In this document: positions 26,801 through 39,162 of the stretch, in pieces | How the letters are laid out: the number at the start of each line of letters is the position of its first letter | How positions within the stretch are numbered: position 1 is the stretch's first letter | NCBI GenBank assembly: GCA_049999805.1 | Contig: JBNGIO010006337.1 | Location: 1-51,901 of the forward strand | Length of the DNA: 51,901 nucleotides | DNA from: Folioceros fuciformis | Taxonomy: Eukaryota | Direction: 5' to 3' | Translations under genes and position numbers: made by a program | The notes under the pieces: generated by a model | The model's input: the letters and a program-made list of their open reading frames with translations, nothing else | Database searches by the model: none | What the model was told of the DNA's origin: nothing

Positions 26801-29800
26801 AGAGGACTTCTGTGCACGGTACCTTGGCAGAGTAAGAATATGATTGTCATCGAGGACAGAGTTGAGTGATTCAATCCATTCTGGGTCAACATCCCCATCA
26901 CAGACAATCCAAGATTGCTGTTCTTGGGGTTCTTTTGCCACCTGGTTGCACGGAGCAAGCAGTCATATGTAACCAGTCATGTTTAAGCCAAACAGTCTAC
27001 CCTCCTTGTTCATGTATTTCATGGGCTTGTTGAAAGTTGCCACCTTTCGGGCTAGAGCAGAGAGCACTCCATCATGCCACTCACGAGTGTCCAGATCCAT
27101 GTGTCCAAGGAGATCTTGTCGTAATAGTGCCTGCCCAGATTTTCCTGTATGCTCAATCACTACAATTCTATGTTGTTGACGTTTTAACATAAAGGACAGG
27201 TTTTTTTTTGGCATTCCAACAAGTCTTGGTGATCTAGATTTCTCACCTTAGGGCTGAGGACGTGCACTTTGATAGGTTTTTGCTTATTCAAAGTTGTGAG
27301 CGTATGCTGTAGAATCCTCCAAACTGTTGTCTTTCCACTTCCTGACGGACCTACAAGGCTAATGCCAATCCGCTGTTTGCACGCTACATGCAGCTGTATA
27401 ACCTTCTGCACTTGCGACTCCATAATCTGGTCACAGAATTGTGAGTTCTTTCACCGCTACCGTTCTCTACAAGTGCCAGAGCATCCCTCCATGTTCTCGT
27501 GAAAATTGAAGCTTTTCACTACCTCTAGATTCTGCTCATGAATTGTTTGTCTGATAGCGGCAAGGAATTTCATCGGAGTTTCTTCGGTGTTGTCCACTCC
27601 TGGGAAAATATCTGAGACTAGCTGCTTAAAAGTTTCAATGTCTGCATGGACTAACTTTGGCACAGTGCTTGCCAGAAGGCAGTGGACAACTATATGCTGT
27701 TCTTCTTGTCTAGTCAGCTTGGTGACATTTTCCGTATTTTCATGAAGAAAGTTGCCAGCCATGTTGAGTACAGACTTTATTGCACGAAGACCCCAGTCGT
27801 AGTGATGTTGCTTGGTCAGTAACTGCACGGCCAATGTGCAGTATGTAGAGTTGTCATATCTGCTTCTAGATCGCCCAGGACTATGCAGATCAGGTGTGTA
27901 CCTCACTGGCGAATGTGAAAACAGCAACAACCTTTCGACCAAGTTCTTTTGCAGACATGAAACCCTCTGACATCAAATTAACCTGTAAAAGGTTGTCAGC
28001 GGGTTCTTCTGTGAGACATTTTTCCAAAGCGAAATTTCTGTCCTAAGGTTTAATTGCTTCATACCTCGGCGATCAAGTCCGAGTTGGGGTAGGTCATTGT
28101 TACAGAACGGAATAGAGCTTGAAGGTTGCTTGGTAACTTCGAGCGACCAGCATAGTCTTTAGACTTGGGATTAAGTGTAACAAAGATAGCAGAGTTGCGA
28201 TTTAGCTTCGTTATCTTCCCAAAGAAGCTGATCTCGGGTATGTTATCTCGAATGGCTGATTGAATTGCTTGAATCTGGAGGGAAAGAGCAGACAAAACAT
28301 CTTCTTCGAGCCTGTTGAATTCATCAAAGCAGCCCCAAGCTCCTGATTTGATAATTCCTGAGAGTATGCGACCCATGCTTTTGAAGTCAAATTCACCGTC
28401 ACAATTGAAAACCAGGACCTGTTCCAGTAAATTTAAAGCAAATGAGGGATGTCAGCCGATTCTATTAGACCTGCCGCAGTAATGTTCCCATTCCATGTGG
28501 CTTGTAATATTGTCCTATGCTGTGAAGGTTTTGATAAGGGGGGAAGTAATAACCTCTCTGCCAAGATAGTAACCAAGTGCTTTCACAGTCTCTGTTTTTC
28601 CCGTGCCTGCTGGTCCAAAGATATTCCCACCGTATCCTAGATGAAGCCCTTGAGTAAGCACAAGAAAACACTTATCTGAAAGCGGAGTGTAGACGAGTCT
28701 AGGGCCATTGCCATGATACTCAAAAGAGTAAACAAAGTCTGCTTCTGCCATCTTCACGGAAGCTCCAAGATTGGTTGATTTGTAGAATCGGAGCTGCAAA
28801 TTGTAGTGGGTTATTTATTGCAAAGGCTGTAGGCCTCCCTTATGTCTGTATTGCTCGTCCAGTATTTGAGAATGTACCTGCCGTGACCATATCCATTCTT
28901 CAGGACTGCAAGCATTGGCTGTCAACAGGTCTTGCACGATTTCAAGTGCATGGATCAGATCCAGGATGAGTGGTTTGAACTTCTGATTTTGTCGTGCTAT
29001 CCCTGATTTTGTAAGACTTTGCAGTTCTGATGCAAGCTCTGTTCGCAAAGAGCTTAACGCATTACTTTGAATGGCTTGTTCACACTTTCTTGTGAACTCT
29101 ACTTGGGCTGCTAAGCAAAGCATTTGGCACGGCAAATGTTTCTGGTCCATCTTCTGTAAGCAATCTGCGAGATTCTGTCGCAGTGTTGACTGTAGGGTAT
29201 AGATCAGGTGTCAGTCTCTGCCATAGAACCTGAGATGGTCGGACCTAAAAGGGCTCTGCCTGTGCTAAAGCAAGCAGAGACTCTCAGCTTGAAAAAGTAA
29301 ATTAGCAGCATCGCGGGGTGTGATATGTATTGTGTGCCAGCCTGTCAGGTTAGAAGTCACCTGCAACGTAGCAGCAAGGACATTCAGCCAGTGTTCTATC
29401 TCCCCGCTGATCTCAACTTGGGCTCCAAGATTCAATACCTCACCCTCAGGACTCTGCACTGATACAATTCTGCACAGCACGTCCACTGGGATTGAGCCAG
29501 TTTGTTTTCCTTTTGATGTTTCAAGGAATCTGCCCTGGGAAGTTCAGCTCACAGCCCACCTTCTTGATTGGGGTGAAAACTTGACACTCTGTATCCCTGG
29601 GAATATCTTGGTCAGGTGCGCCTGGACACATCATCGGCATAGCTATGAGCACAATTATCGCAGATTGCTGTGATTTCTCAAGTTGTCATAACTGGCTATC
29701 TGCTGCAAACCTGTAGTACTTCAGGTGTTTCTGATTGCCCCAAGATTTCCAAGAGGTCGTCATCTCCTACAAAGTAGAACCGTGGAAAACTCGTCCGCTT

Positions 29801-32800
29801 CTCCTGCAACCCACCCGTTCAATATCTGATACTGTATTTGACAATGACACGTGGCATGCCAGTCGAGTCCGGGATAAGCGTTGACCTCGAGGAACAATGA
29901 GAGTGCACGTTGACATATATCCAGTTGTTGGTCAAGGTGTGGAAGGACTTCTTCCAGTTGAGGGTAGTCCAACAGTTTCATGACTGTTGAGTTGGTGGAT
30001 ACTGACTGCAAGATGGTTCTCAGCTCAGCGTCCACCTTGTTGAACCGCATCTGAAAAGGCATGTGGTTCACTGTTATTTGAAGTGTAGGAGGCTGACAGA
30101 CGAGCATAAGATCTCAAGTCAGATATATTTGTGTCAGATATATTTGTCATAACTGACTTCGTCAAAGAACTGCTTAAGCTACCTGTTCCATCGGGAGGGC
30201 TCCTTTTGCAAAGATTGGCTCCAAGTAGACCCATTTTCTCTGTATGCTGGCAGGCCCGCAAGATTAGCAACAGTACAATCCTTGTGTGCGGTTGATGGAT
30301 AATAATAGCCAGTCGTACCGGCAATGTGACCAGATTTTTCCTTTCAGAAGCCTCGCACAAACCTGTTTAGACGATGGAGGGACTGCTGGAGTCTTGATAA
30401 CCGGTGCTCCCAAAGGCGTAGGTCATCCCTCAATACTGTAGCGAAAGGTGATTCTTTGGACGCCTTCAGCAGTAGTTGGTTGTCTCCTATCTGTGTACAA
30501 GAGCTTATAAGCGCGCGAGATGTAAGCAACTACTCGATTTGTCTTCGGACAAAGTTTCTCCTTTTCATAGCTTTTGGAGTGCAGGACTTGTGGGAGATTA
30601 GTCACTGACTTCTGTCAGAAGTTGTGCCCAGTCCTTTATTAGGATGGTTGATTGGCTGTTTTTCTTGCTTGGACTGTAAGAAATTGTGGAAAAGCATCTC
30701 TCCAGACTCCAAGTAATCAGCTGGTTTATGGATTCCCTAATGCTCACCTGTTAGGACATTTAGAAGCAAAAAAAGTAGTTAGTATTCAAGAACTGCCAAG
30801 AGAGTGGGTGTCATGTCTCTCAACCTCTCCAGTAGCTTGTGCATTTAAAACTTCAAGTGCTCCTGCTTCTTCAATTATTTTGCCAGCCCGGGCCATAAAG
30901 TCGCCCATTTGAAGATGTGCCACTTGCAGACCCTGGAGAATGAAGGGCAAAAATGCATTGTGGAGAATTTACTCAGCCATGGCTCTTCTACTGTGTTGTT
31001 TGAAGCTTATCTTTCAATGGCTGTAGTCATGTTTTGGAAACTTTCACTACCTGATCGTTTAAGTCAAGCAACGAAAGCAGTTGGACCCAGTGGTGGTATT
31101 CCCAGGACTCTCCTTTAATAAACGATAACAGAGGAATGCATGCGTTGTAGTCTTCAAGTTCTCTAGATAGTGCTAAGTGCGTTTCATCGTTGTGGACACT
31201 CGATTTCAAAATCTGTTGCCATTTCACTACAAAGTCTTCTAGGATGTATATCTTGTCTCTTGCTGTAGTCCATTTGCAAGTTGCTAGTTCGTCCCTTTCC
31301 TCCACAAATCTCCCCACTTGTGTCCACCGCTGCCAGGTACGAGCAGTAGAAAATTAATCCTTGCAAGTGTTGCCCTTTAGTGTGGGCTCTTGGTGATAAC
31401 TTGCAAATGTGGACTCTGCGGCAAGCGTTTCTATCCCAATTTTCATGACAGCTGAAAGTGTTTGTGGCATGCCTCCTGAGTGAGCTCAAAGTCTTGTTTG
31501 ATACTGTCAAGCAGTGGGAATGAAGGCTCCCCCATTTGCAAAATCTTGCACCTCTTTGAGGCCTTCTCTGTCCGCCCCTGTGTTGTTCGTTTTCAAGTCA
31601 AACTTGCAGGTGGAACACCACCGAGGCCAGATTGTTCAGAACGAGTCGCTTGCTTACCTCCAGCTCCTTCAGCAGATGTTCACTCTCTGCCAGTTCCTGG
31701 AGAATGCTCTTGATGTTTTGAGGGCACTTTGCCTTAGCATGTTGCTGGTGCCTGCCAAGCAAATCAGGGGTGTGTTGTAGACGTGTAAACTCACTGCGAC
31801 TGCGTATGATGGGTAGGCCTTCAAGTACCAAATATCTGCGAAGAACAATATCCGGTTCTGCACTTCTTGAACTTCCTGGTGCATCTTGTTTCGAAGTTTG
31901 TGTGCTTGCTGATGTAGATTTGCCTGTGCACGAACTGGCTATGTTATCAGAGCAGATAGGGGAACGACGAGTCGTATAGACGGATGTACCTCATGCTGAT
32001 TCAGCTTCGCCATGAATGATTCCCAACTGCTGCCAAAGGATGCGGCATACATGTCCGTGTTACCGTGTCCAATTCCTGCAAAACTTCTGAAATGCCGAAG
32101 TAACTTCAGTCTCTCCTCGGTGTCTTGCCGTACCTTCACGATGTGTGGAAGGTTTGCAATCTGCAAATCCCCACATCATAGACTGTCAAAGCTTTGTCCA
32201 ACGATAAGATGGAGCTTAAGACCATCGATAGGGATGAGCACGTTGGAGGGTATCCAAGCATACCAGTTGCAGAGCTCCCTGACGTGTGTGTTCTATGTCC
32301 TCAACTGAAGATAGGCTGCCCTCAATGATGTCTTGTCCGTCTGCCATAAAGCTCTCAATGGCAGCGATGTCTTTGTCAACTTGGCCTCTTAGTGACTCAC
32401 AAAGCACATTGTGCAGGTCCTTGACCTGGCCATGTATGGATTCTTTCGCTGGTGTCCCCAGTACCCTAAAGCACCCAACCTGGTCATGTATCAAACAAGA
32501 TTGTCTCAAACACTGGTGCGAGGCAACCAAAGGCGAAGCCCTCCTTCTGAGGCCCAGTGAGGGAGATGATGCTGACCTTGAATTCTAGGGGCACGGCTTC
32601 ACATTTCCTGCAGAGAGTCCGGATCTTTTTGAATTCATCGTCCCAGTCCCTGCTTTGGTCCGTCAAGGTCCCAGCCAATTTCAGCAAGGCTAGATTTTCC
32701 TGCAAACAATAGCAGCGTCGGGGAGGTTAGCTGGGTTTCCCAGCTGAGTAAGGTGACCGACATGTAGGGATCTGTAGGTACCAAATCTAACTGTTCTGTC

Positions 32801-35800
32801 AGTTTAGTGCGCTCGGTTTGCAGTCTTGTGAACAATTCTCTCGCTCTGTCAGATCCAACAGTACTTAGCTGCAAGGCTTTGAGGAGCGGAAAGTGAGCGG
32901 GCGTTACGAAAACAGGTACCTATCGTCGATAAGTTTTACTCGGGGATGGGCTTGCAAAGTGTGGCTAAACTTATTGAATGTTTCTGTGCTGACACCAAAG
33001 CCTCGGAAGCTCACTGGCAAGCTGTGATTGTGGCAACAATCCTTTAGTAGTGTGAAGATGTTGTTCTTTTAGACGTAAATGGTATAGCTGTGTGGATGAA
33101 CGTTCCACTGTGATGAACATGGAATGGGGACGTGTAGAACCTGAGGCGGTCCTTTATCATTTGTTGGTGATGTGCAGTGATGTCATCCATGTCAGGGCTG
33201 TAGGCAAGTGATCCGTCCTTGAACACTAGTTTCACGTTCACCTTATTTGTAGTAAAGCATGCAGGCATACTTCTTAATTCTATAATAGGAGATGAGTACC
33301 AAAACAAGTGGAAGGTCAGCCGTTGTCCAGACTTAGATGGAGTACCTCAGGCAAACTTCTTTCGAAGTGTTCGAGGAACTTATCATATTGACGCTCCAGC
33401 ATTTGGAATATCTGGCAAAAAACAGCCAGTAAATAGGATGTCGAAGAGTTTGCATTTCACCTGGGTGTCAAGCTTGAAGATTCAACGTCCTTGGTTCTCA
33501 CTGGCTTCGTAAATTGACATTAGACGCGAGGCGCCCATGTCAGCTCACCTCTATATCCCAATGTTTTTGCCACTCGCTAAGTTGAGAGTAGCCTTGTTTT
33601 TCTGCTTCTTCAAAAATACGACTCATTTCTTGCAAAGACGTTCGCCACTGTTGGGACTGATGCTGAATGTCAAGTGCTGCCAGTTTCTTGGCAATTTGCG
33701 CAAGTTTGCTGTACGCGCAGTTTTAGCACATCAGATTTTCGTAGGGAGCAGCCTTGAACCCTGAAAGATCGTCCACAGCGTCAGTTCAGGGGCAACCTGT
33801 GCTGCAGCCTTAACAGCCTGTTCCTTTCGGATAGTTTGAGTGTTGCATTCTGAAGCCTTTCTGTATAACTCTGAGTGGAGAAGAGAAGGAGTTATTGAAG
33901 AGTCGGCCAAAGCAATAATGTATGACAAGTTCGTCGGCTCCATGAGAATGTGGGTGTTGGTGAGGCGTTTGTTATCTCAATTACCTGTACGGCTGTAAGA
34001 TTGCTCCACAGGAGTGGCTGGCCTAAGGAGTCACAGGGATTCTTCAGAATTGCCTCAAACCTCAAGGCATCTTTCAGGAGCATGACCTTCTGACAGGGGA
34101 TCATTTGTGTCGAAACATCGTTGTAGAAATTGGCCACTTGCTTCAAGAGCATTGCTTGCTTCTGGAACTTTTGGGCTCTCTCTACCACTTTCACTATCTC
34201 ACCCTGTAAGGATGCACGGCACATGACATTTTCTTCGTATCCTGTGGTTAGCAGGCACCCGCGGAAGAGGAAATGTTTTTCAGTTCCTTGAGAGCTTGCC
34301 TAGTTTAACTCATGGCTTGGTACTTACATCCAAGACAAATCCTGATGTGATTAGCTCGCGAGTTTGGCGAATAAGTGAAACGAGATCAGTGCAAAATGTC
34401 ACCTGTGTCCAGTCAGCAACGGTTAGTGACCTGCTGACTGAACTGCGCCGTCGGGCATATGTGGTGGTAATACCTCTACATGGCCGTCTTCAGGATTCAG
34501 TTTCAGAAGCTTTCCCGATGTCTCGAGAGATACATTTTTCAGTCTCGTTTTCACGTCTGCTTCCCATGTCTGGAACACTCTTTCGTTATAGACCCCTAAG
34601 GACTTGAGTCAGGAATGCCCAAGCCAGAATGCCTTGACCAGACTTACCTTAAGCTGATTTTTCTTGTAAGCCGCGATGTCTTGGTTCAAGTCACTGCACA
34701 CAGGCCAAGCCAGTATGCTAGTGTTGGATGACCAGGGTGCTACTATTTGTAAGTTAGGTTCGGGTTCTATCCCTCGAGTCTCACCTGAGCTCCTGAAGAA
34801 GGGTGTCGAAGGGCTCAGTCATAGAGGAAAGAAATGGCCTTAATGCTATTATAGTAGTCCTTGTTTCATGCACCTTAATGGCAAGAAGGCAAAGTACAGT
34901 TAATCCAGTTACATTGTAGAATGATAATAGCGAGTTCTTGGGCATATTTGTTAAGATTGCTATACCTTGTGCTCCTGCTGGAGTGACCAGAAAATGCTGC
35001 CAACAACAAGGGTAGAATTGCAATGAGGGAGGGATGATGGTCCTGGAGTCCCTTTTTTCCCTTCGTTTCGGCAGTGCCTATTGTAGTTACCTCTTAGTCC
35101 TTCCAAATGCCTGCATGCCGAGGCGCTCTAAAGCTTAGAAATGCATTGTGCTGCTGTTCCGTACAAGGCTGTTGCAAATTTGCCTGGAGGACCTGTTGAA
35201 GAGTGACAGCAGCAGCTCTGTTTTGCTGCTCAAAGCCTGGACCACAAGCGGCCTTTCAAGGAAGTTTTTGTACTTCCGGATCTCGGCCATGACCTGTTAT
35301 TGTTGTGGACATGTCAACGATGGATAAGGATCCTCGAGTGAAGACACTTTCTGTTTCATGTTACCTGGTGGGGACCAGCCGTTGCTGCTGTGGCGGTCTC
35401 AGTGATTTTGGGTTCCAATGAGGCAGCGAATGATGGTAAGATGGAGGAGCAGAAAATTTCGCTCAACTTCATTGCTATCTTGCCTTCAAGAGGGTTCATT
35501 TGCTTTTCATACACCAAAAGAGCCGCCTATTTCCACAGGCAAAGTCTCCACTTTAAAAAATATCTGAACTTGACTTTGAACTGTATGTCCTGACTGTACC
35601 ACATTCGTTTTGGCATTCAAGAGGCATAACAAGCGGGCGTACCTTCCAAGCATTTTCTCCGGAAGGGGTGCAATCCAGGGCACCTAGGTTGGTGAAAGCT
35701 CGACACCTACTCAACTTTACCAGTGAATCATTCTCAGACTCCGAGACCAGCGTCAGGAGCCGCTGAGAAACCTGTTAGTTAGCAAGCCAGTTAAAATTGA

Positions 35801-36623
35801 TGTCGACTCTCTGACCATCTCGTTTGTGGCCTCAGATAGCAAGGACAATGAGAAAGATCGCGCCACACGGAAGAAATGCATCTCTTGCGTGATATACCTC
35901 GAGCAGCTTGAGAATCTGGTCAAGACGATTGTGAAGAGTGTTGAGCAACTCATCCCTAAAATGCTGTCCGAGCCAGGGTCTGGTTACATGCGAGGGCCAT
36001 GTGTATCCAGTCAAGTGTACTGTCATGTGATCCCACGTCTCTATCAACCGCATCGCCTGACTTAAAGCGAGCTCCACCTACGGCAACATGACTGACTGTT
36101 AAGGAGTATTGTACAGCCTGTATTTCCCTTTGCGATTAACCACGGCGCATCAGCACCTGCTGGAATCGTCCAGTCCATATATCCACTTCAGATATCTTGT
36201 GGAGCACGGCCGCATGAAAGGACCTTCCCACAAGTCTCATGAGATGCTCGGTTCTCTTCTGGCTAAACGCTGCGGGAAACTCCCCCGTGCTCTTGAGGTT
36301 TCCATCATTAGAAGGGACGATCCACAGCTTCTCCAGAGCATCTTGCGTGCTGTCTACCAAGTCCAGTAGCTCCTCATCACTCTTGGACTCGATATTCTGC
36401 AAGAAACACAAGTAGTCCGTGACTCAACCAGCGGGTCAGACGCTCCACTTCCGGACGCGCAGTCGGTACATCCACTGACCACAAAATTGTCCCTAACAGG
36501 CCGCAGCTCCCGCACAACACTGAAAGCCTGGTCCCGAACAGCCGCCGAGGTTGCCGTCCTAGCCAGGTTCTCCCACGCCTGAAACTCGTCAGCAACGCTG
36601 TCCGTCGCCTTCAGATTCTCCAT
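17851..36623 (-). CDS. DYNC2H1: Cytoplasmic dynein-2 (retrograde IFT) heavy chain, DHC1b/DYNC2H1; dozens of exons; start codon tentative
   Basis: AAA1 GPAGTGKT and [13 protein letters not shown]2 [11 protein letters not shown]3 [11 protein letters not shown]4 GKTGVGRRT (Arg in place of the P-loop Lys, as in dynein-2); [15 protein letters not shown]; microtubule-binding domain [25 protein letters not shown]...SVAAAPLA; C-terminus [10 protein letters not shown]. Confidence 0.93.
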
Positions 36624-37220
36624 TCCTCTCTTGCAGCCAGCCGATCAGCAGTCGCAGAGTCCTAAACCAGTCCAGGCCGTGACAAGTTGCAAGAGAAGGC
36701 GGGTTCTACTCGGCGACGCCTTGCCTCCGTTCGCCGCTCCAGCAGACCCACCTCCGTTTCCAGCTCGCATCAGCCAATCTGACTCGCACATTTGCGACAC
36801 CCAGCTCCAAAATCATGCCGTGAGGACACAAACACATCAAAAGGTCTTACCCACCAAAGGTTCTACGAAACCGTTTCCATGTCCATGTAACGTGACAGGC
36901 AAACGTCCCGTCCGTACGGACTGTAGGGGGCGTTAAACCAGCGCCTGCTGTGATACGCCTCCGCACTCTTTCCTTTCGTATCCCACGACCGGGACGTTTA
37001 TCAAACGCTTTTCCCGTCCGTCCCATCCGTTTGCCCCGTTCAGGACTCAAACTCAACTTCAAAATCGATTCAGACACTGAATATTCTTACACGCCTTGTG
37101 CTGGAGCTAACCAAAGAGCGTGCAAGGATCCAGTCGTGATTCTTTTCTTCGTCCCCCATCCGCCCACGCCCTTGGGCGGATTTCATTAAAGCAATCAAGT
37201 TATGTGGAACGAATGAAGGC
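36624..37220. promoter_or_regulatory. Putative bidirectional promoter/5'UTRs between dynein-2 HC (-) and tetraspanin-like gene (+)
   Basis: Head-to-head start codons at 36623 and 37221, 597 bp apart; no convincing coding sequence between. Confidence 0.55.
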
Positions 37221-37882
37221 ATGGCATTATTAAGGGAGATCCAATTAGGAAAGAGCTGCCCAGGGGAATCCTTGAGGGTCTTCAATGTACTCATATTTGT
37301 AAGAACACCATCACTAAACATTCATTCACTCTCCACGCTTGTGCCACTCTCTTTTAATTTGAATGATTTGTCTATATTTTATAGATATCAGGGTTTTTAA
37401 CCATCCTGATGGTCATTGTTATCCAAAAAGGATCGCCCAACTTCTCTCCTGGCTTGTAATCTCATGACCTAGTTATGAATTTTCTTCTTTCTTCTGAAAC
37501 ATACATTCATACGTATTGACATACTATTGAACTACTATGCACATATCAGCATGCTCTTAGCTCTTGGAGCAATAATCATAGCAGCAGCAATAACTGGATG
37601 TGGTACCAATGCTTTGACTCTATGCTTTAAAATCAATATGCTCCTTATGGTCATCTCCACAATTGGCACTGTCGGGTTTCTTCTTGCGCTTTTAGCAACT
37701 GTAAGTCTCACTATGTATTGCCTAAAATTCATCTAATGTTTCAAATGAGTTTAAGATGAATGAAACTTTCTTAAATTTATAGTATTCATCATTTATCTCA
37801 CAACCTGCAGAGGAGCAAAGTGGCAAAGAGCTTTAACTCAAAGAGCTACACATTCAAAAGTGTAAAGACTTGAACTTCTCAT

Positions 37883-37914
<32 letters not shown>

Positions 37915-38599
37915 ATAATTTCTGATTTTAACATTAATACTCCATTCAGATAGACGACTTTTGCCGAGGAGCTACACTTGGATACATTATTCTCTTTGTA
38001 TGTGAGGTACAATATACATTGGATCATTTAAATATATAAAATTTTGTAAAATAAAATTTAAAATATTTGCCAACAATTCTAGCAAGTATTTTTGCAGATT
38101 GGAGCAATGATCTGTGCTTGTGTTCTAAAATCTAGAGGTTCAATGCCAAGTGAGGCATATGAGGTATGACGTGTTCTAGCTTTTATATGTGTTTCTAAAT
38201 ATATCAGCATTTTGAGTTCATATATTGATTTATTTATTTATTTAATTTTCTTAGACCATGGAACAAACACGGAGTCGCCGTGAAGTAGCTATGGGCCAAC
38301 TGCGACATGATTTGTACTATTCTTCTCAAACTACCCACCAAAGTTTTTATAAATATGTGATTATGTACTGATAATGTAATTTTTTTTTTTCTGGGATGTG
38401 TGATTTTAGGAACGTGAAAGATGTAAGCGTAGACAAGAAGATGGCTAAAGCTGTTGCTAGCAAAATGAAAGAAAAATATGGAGAGTAAGGATTTCTTTAA
38501 CAACTCTTCTTTTCATGCTTTTTTAATACTTCAAAATGGCTAGAGTTCTTTCTTCCTTCCTTTTTCAGGTGGACACATGAACTTCATGGATCGTATTGA
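37221..38599 (+). CDS. Four-TM tetraspanin/TOM2A-like membrane protein, 9 small exons, 212 aa
   Basis: GT-AG exons 37221-37298, 37385-37455, 37550-37700, 37811-37861, 37950-38006, 38098-38163, 38255-38313, 38410-38484, 38569-38599 are phase-compatible (639 nt, no internal stop). TM1 LRVFNVLIFISGFLTILMVIVI, TM2 LLALGAIIIAAAITGC, TM3 MLLMVISTIGTVGFLLALL, TM4 LGYIILFVCEIGAMICACVL; tail SKMKEKYGEW. Confidence 0.82.
37883..37906. repeat. (TA)12 microsatellite in intron 4 of the tetraspanin-like gene
   Basis: Direct reading. Confidence 0.95.
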
Positions 38600-39162
38600 T
38601 ATTTTGTCAACCGGATGGATTTATGGATTCTTGGATGCTGAAAACCAAGAACAACACTCGCACATATTCATAGGCATATCTTTTGTTTCTCAATATGCAC
38701 ACAAAGGTATACATACTTCCACGCTAACTTCGTACGCTCGAGGTTCCCCGTGTCAAACGCGGGTTTAGAGACTTTGAATTCTTCACGCTGGTCTGTGATG
38801 TTCTTTGTCTTGATGCTGGCCTGTGATTGGGTGTTCAGATTGCGGATGCGCGAAGCGGACAAAAGTTTTCTGAAACGGCCCTTTGGACTACCGAAAGTTG
38901 TCCAAGCTTTAAAGTTGCCAGCCAAAACGTTGTGGCCGAAGCTTTGGGAAAATGGCAACTAGGCCAGGGTCAACAACAAAAACAACAACCACAACAACAT
39001 GTGAAGGGATCTGATAAGCGCTCCACGTGCATATGCGGCAAGCTGGCCCGTCTGTGAAGGACGGCAGGCAGTTGAGACAGTATCCTGCTACCAACCACGA
39101 TCCTGGAGTTTGAAAACTATGTGGCAAAAGAGGAGACTAGGGACGAAATAGAAATGATGTGA

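Noticed and set aside
36847-37077. 76-aa Arg/Gly-rich minus ORF upstream of dynein as the missing N-terminus
   Set aside because: No resemblance to a dynein tail; looks like promoter low-complexity sequence.
37070-37360. Minus-strand 'TSVESE*MFS', resembling a hAT transposase dimerisation motif
   Set aside because: It is the antisense of exon 1/intron 1 of the phase-consistent tetraspanin-like gene; no other transposase motifs or TIRs.
38970-38999. CAA-rich run suggesting a poly-Q gene
   Set aside because: Short imperfect microsatellite between convergent 3' ends; no supported gene model.
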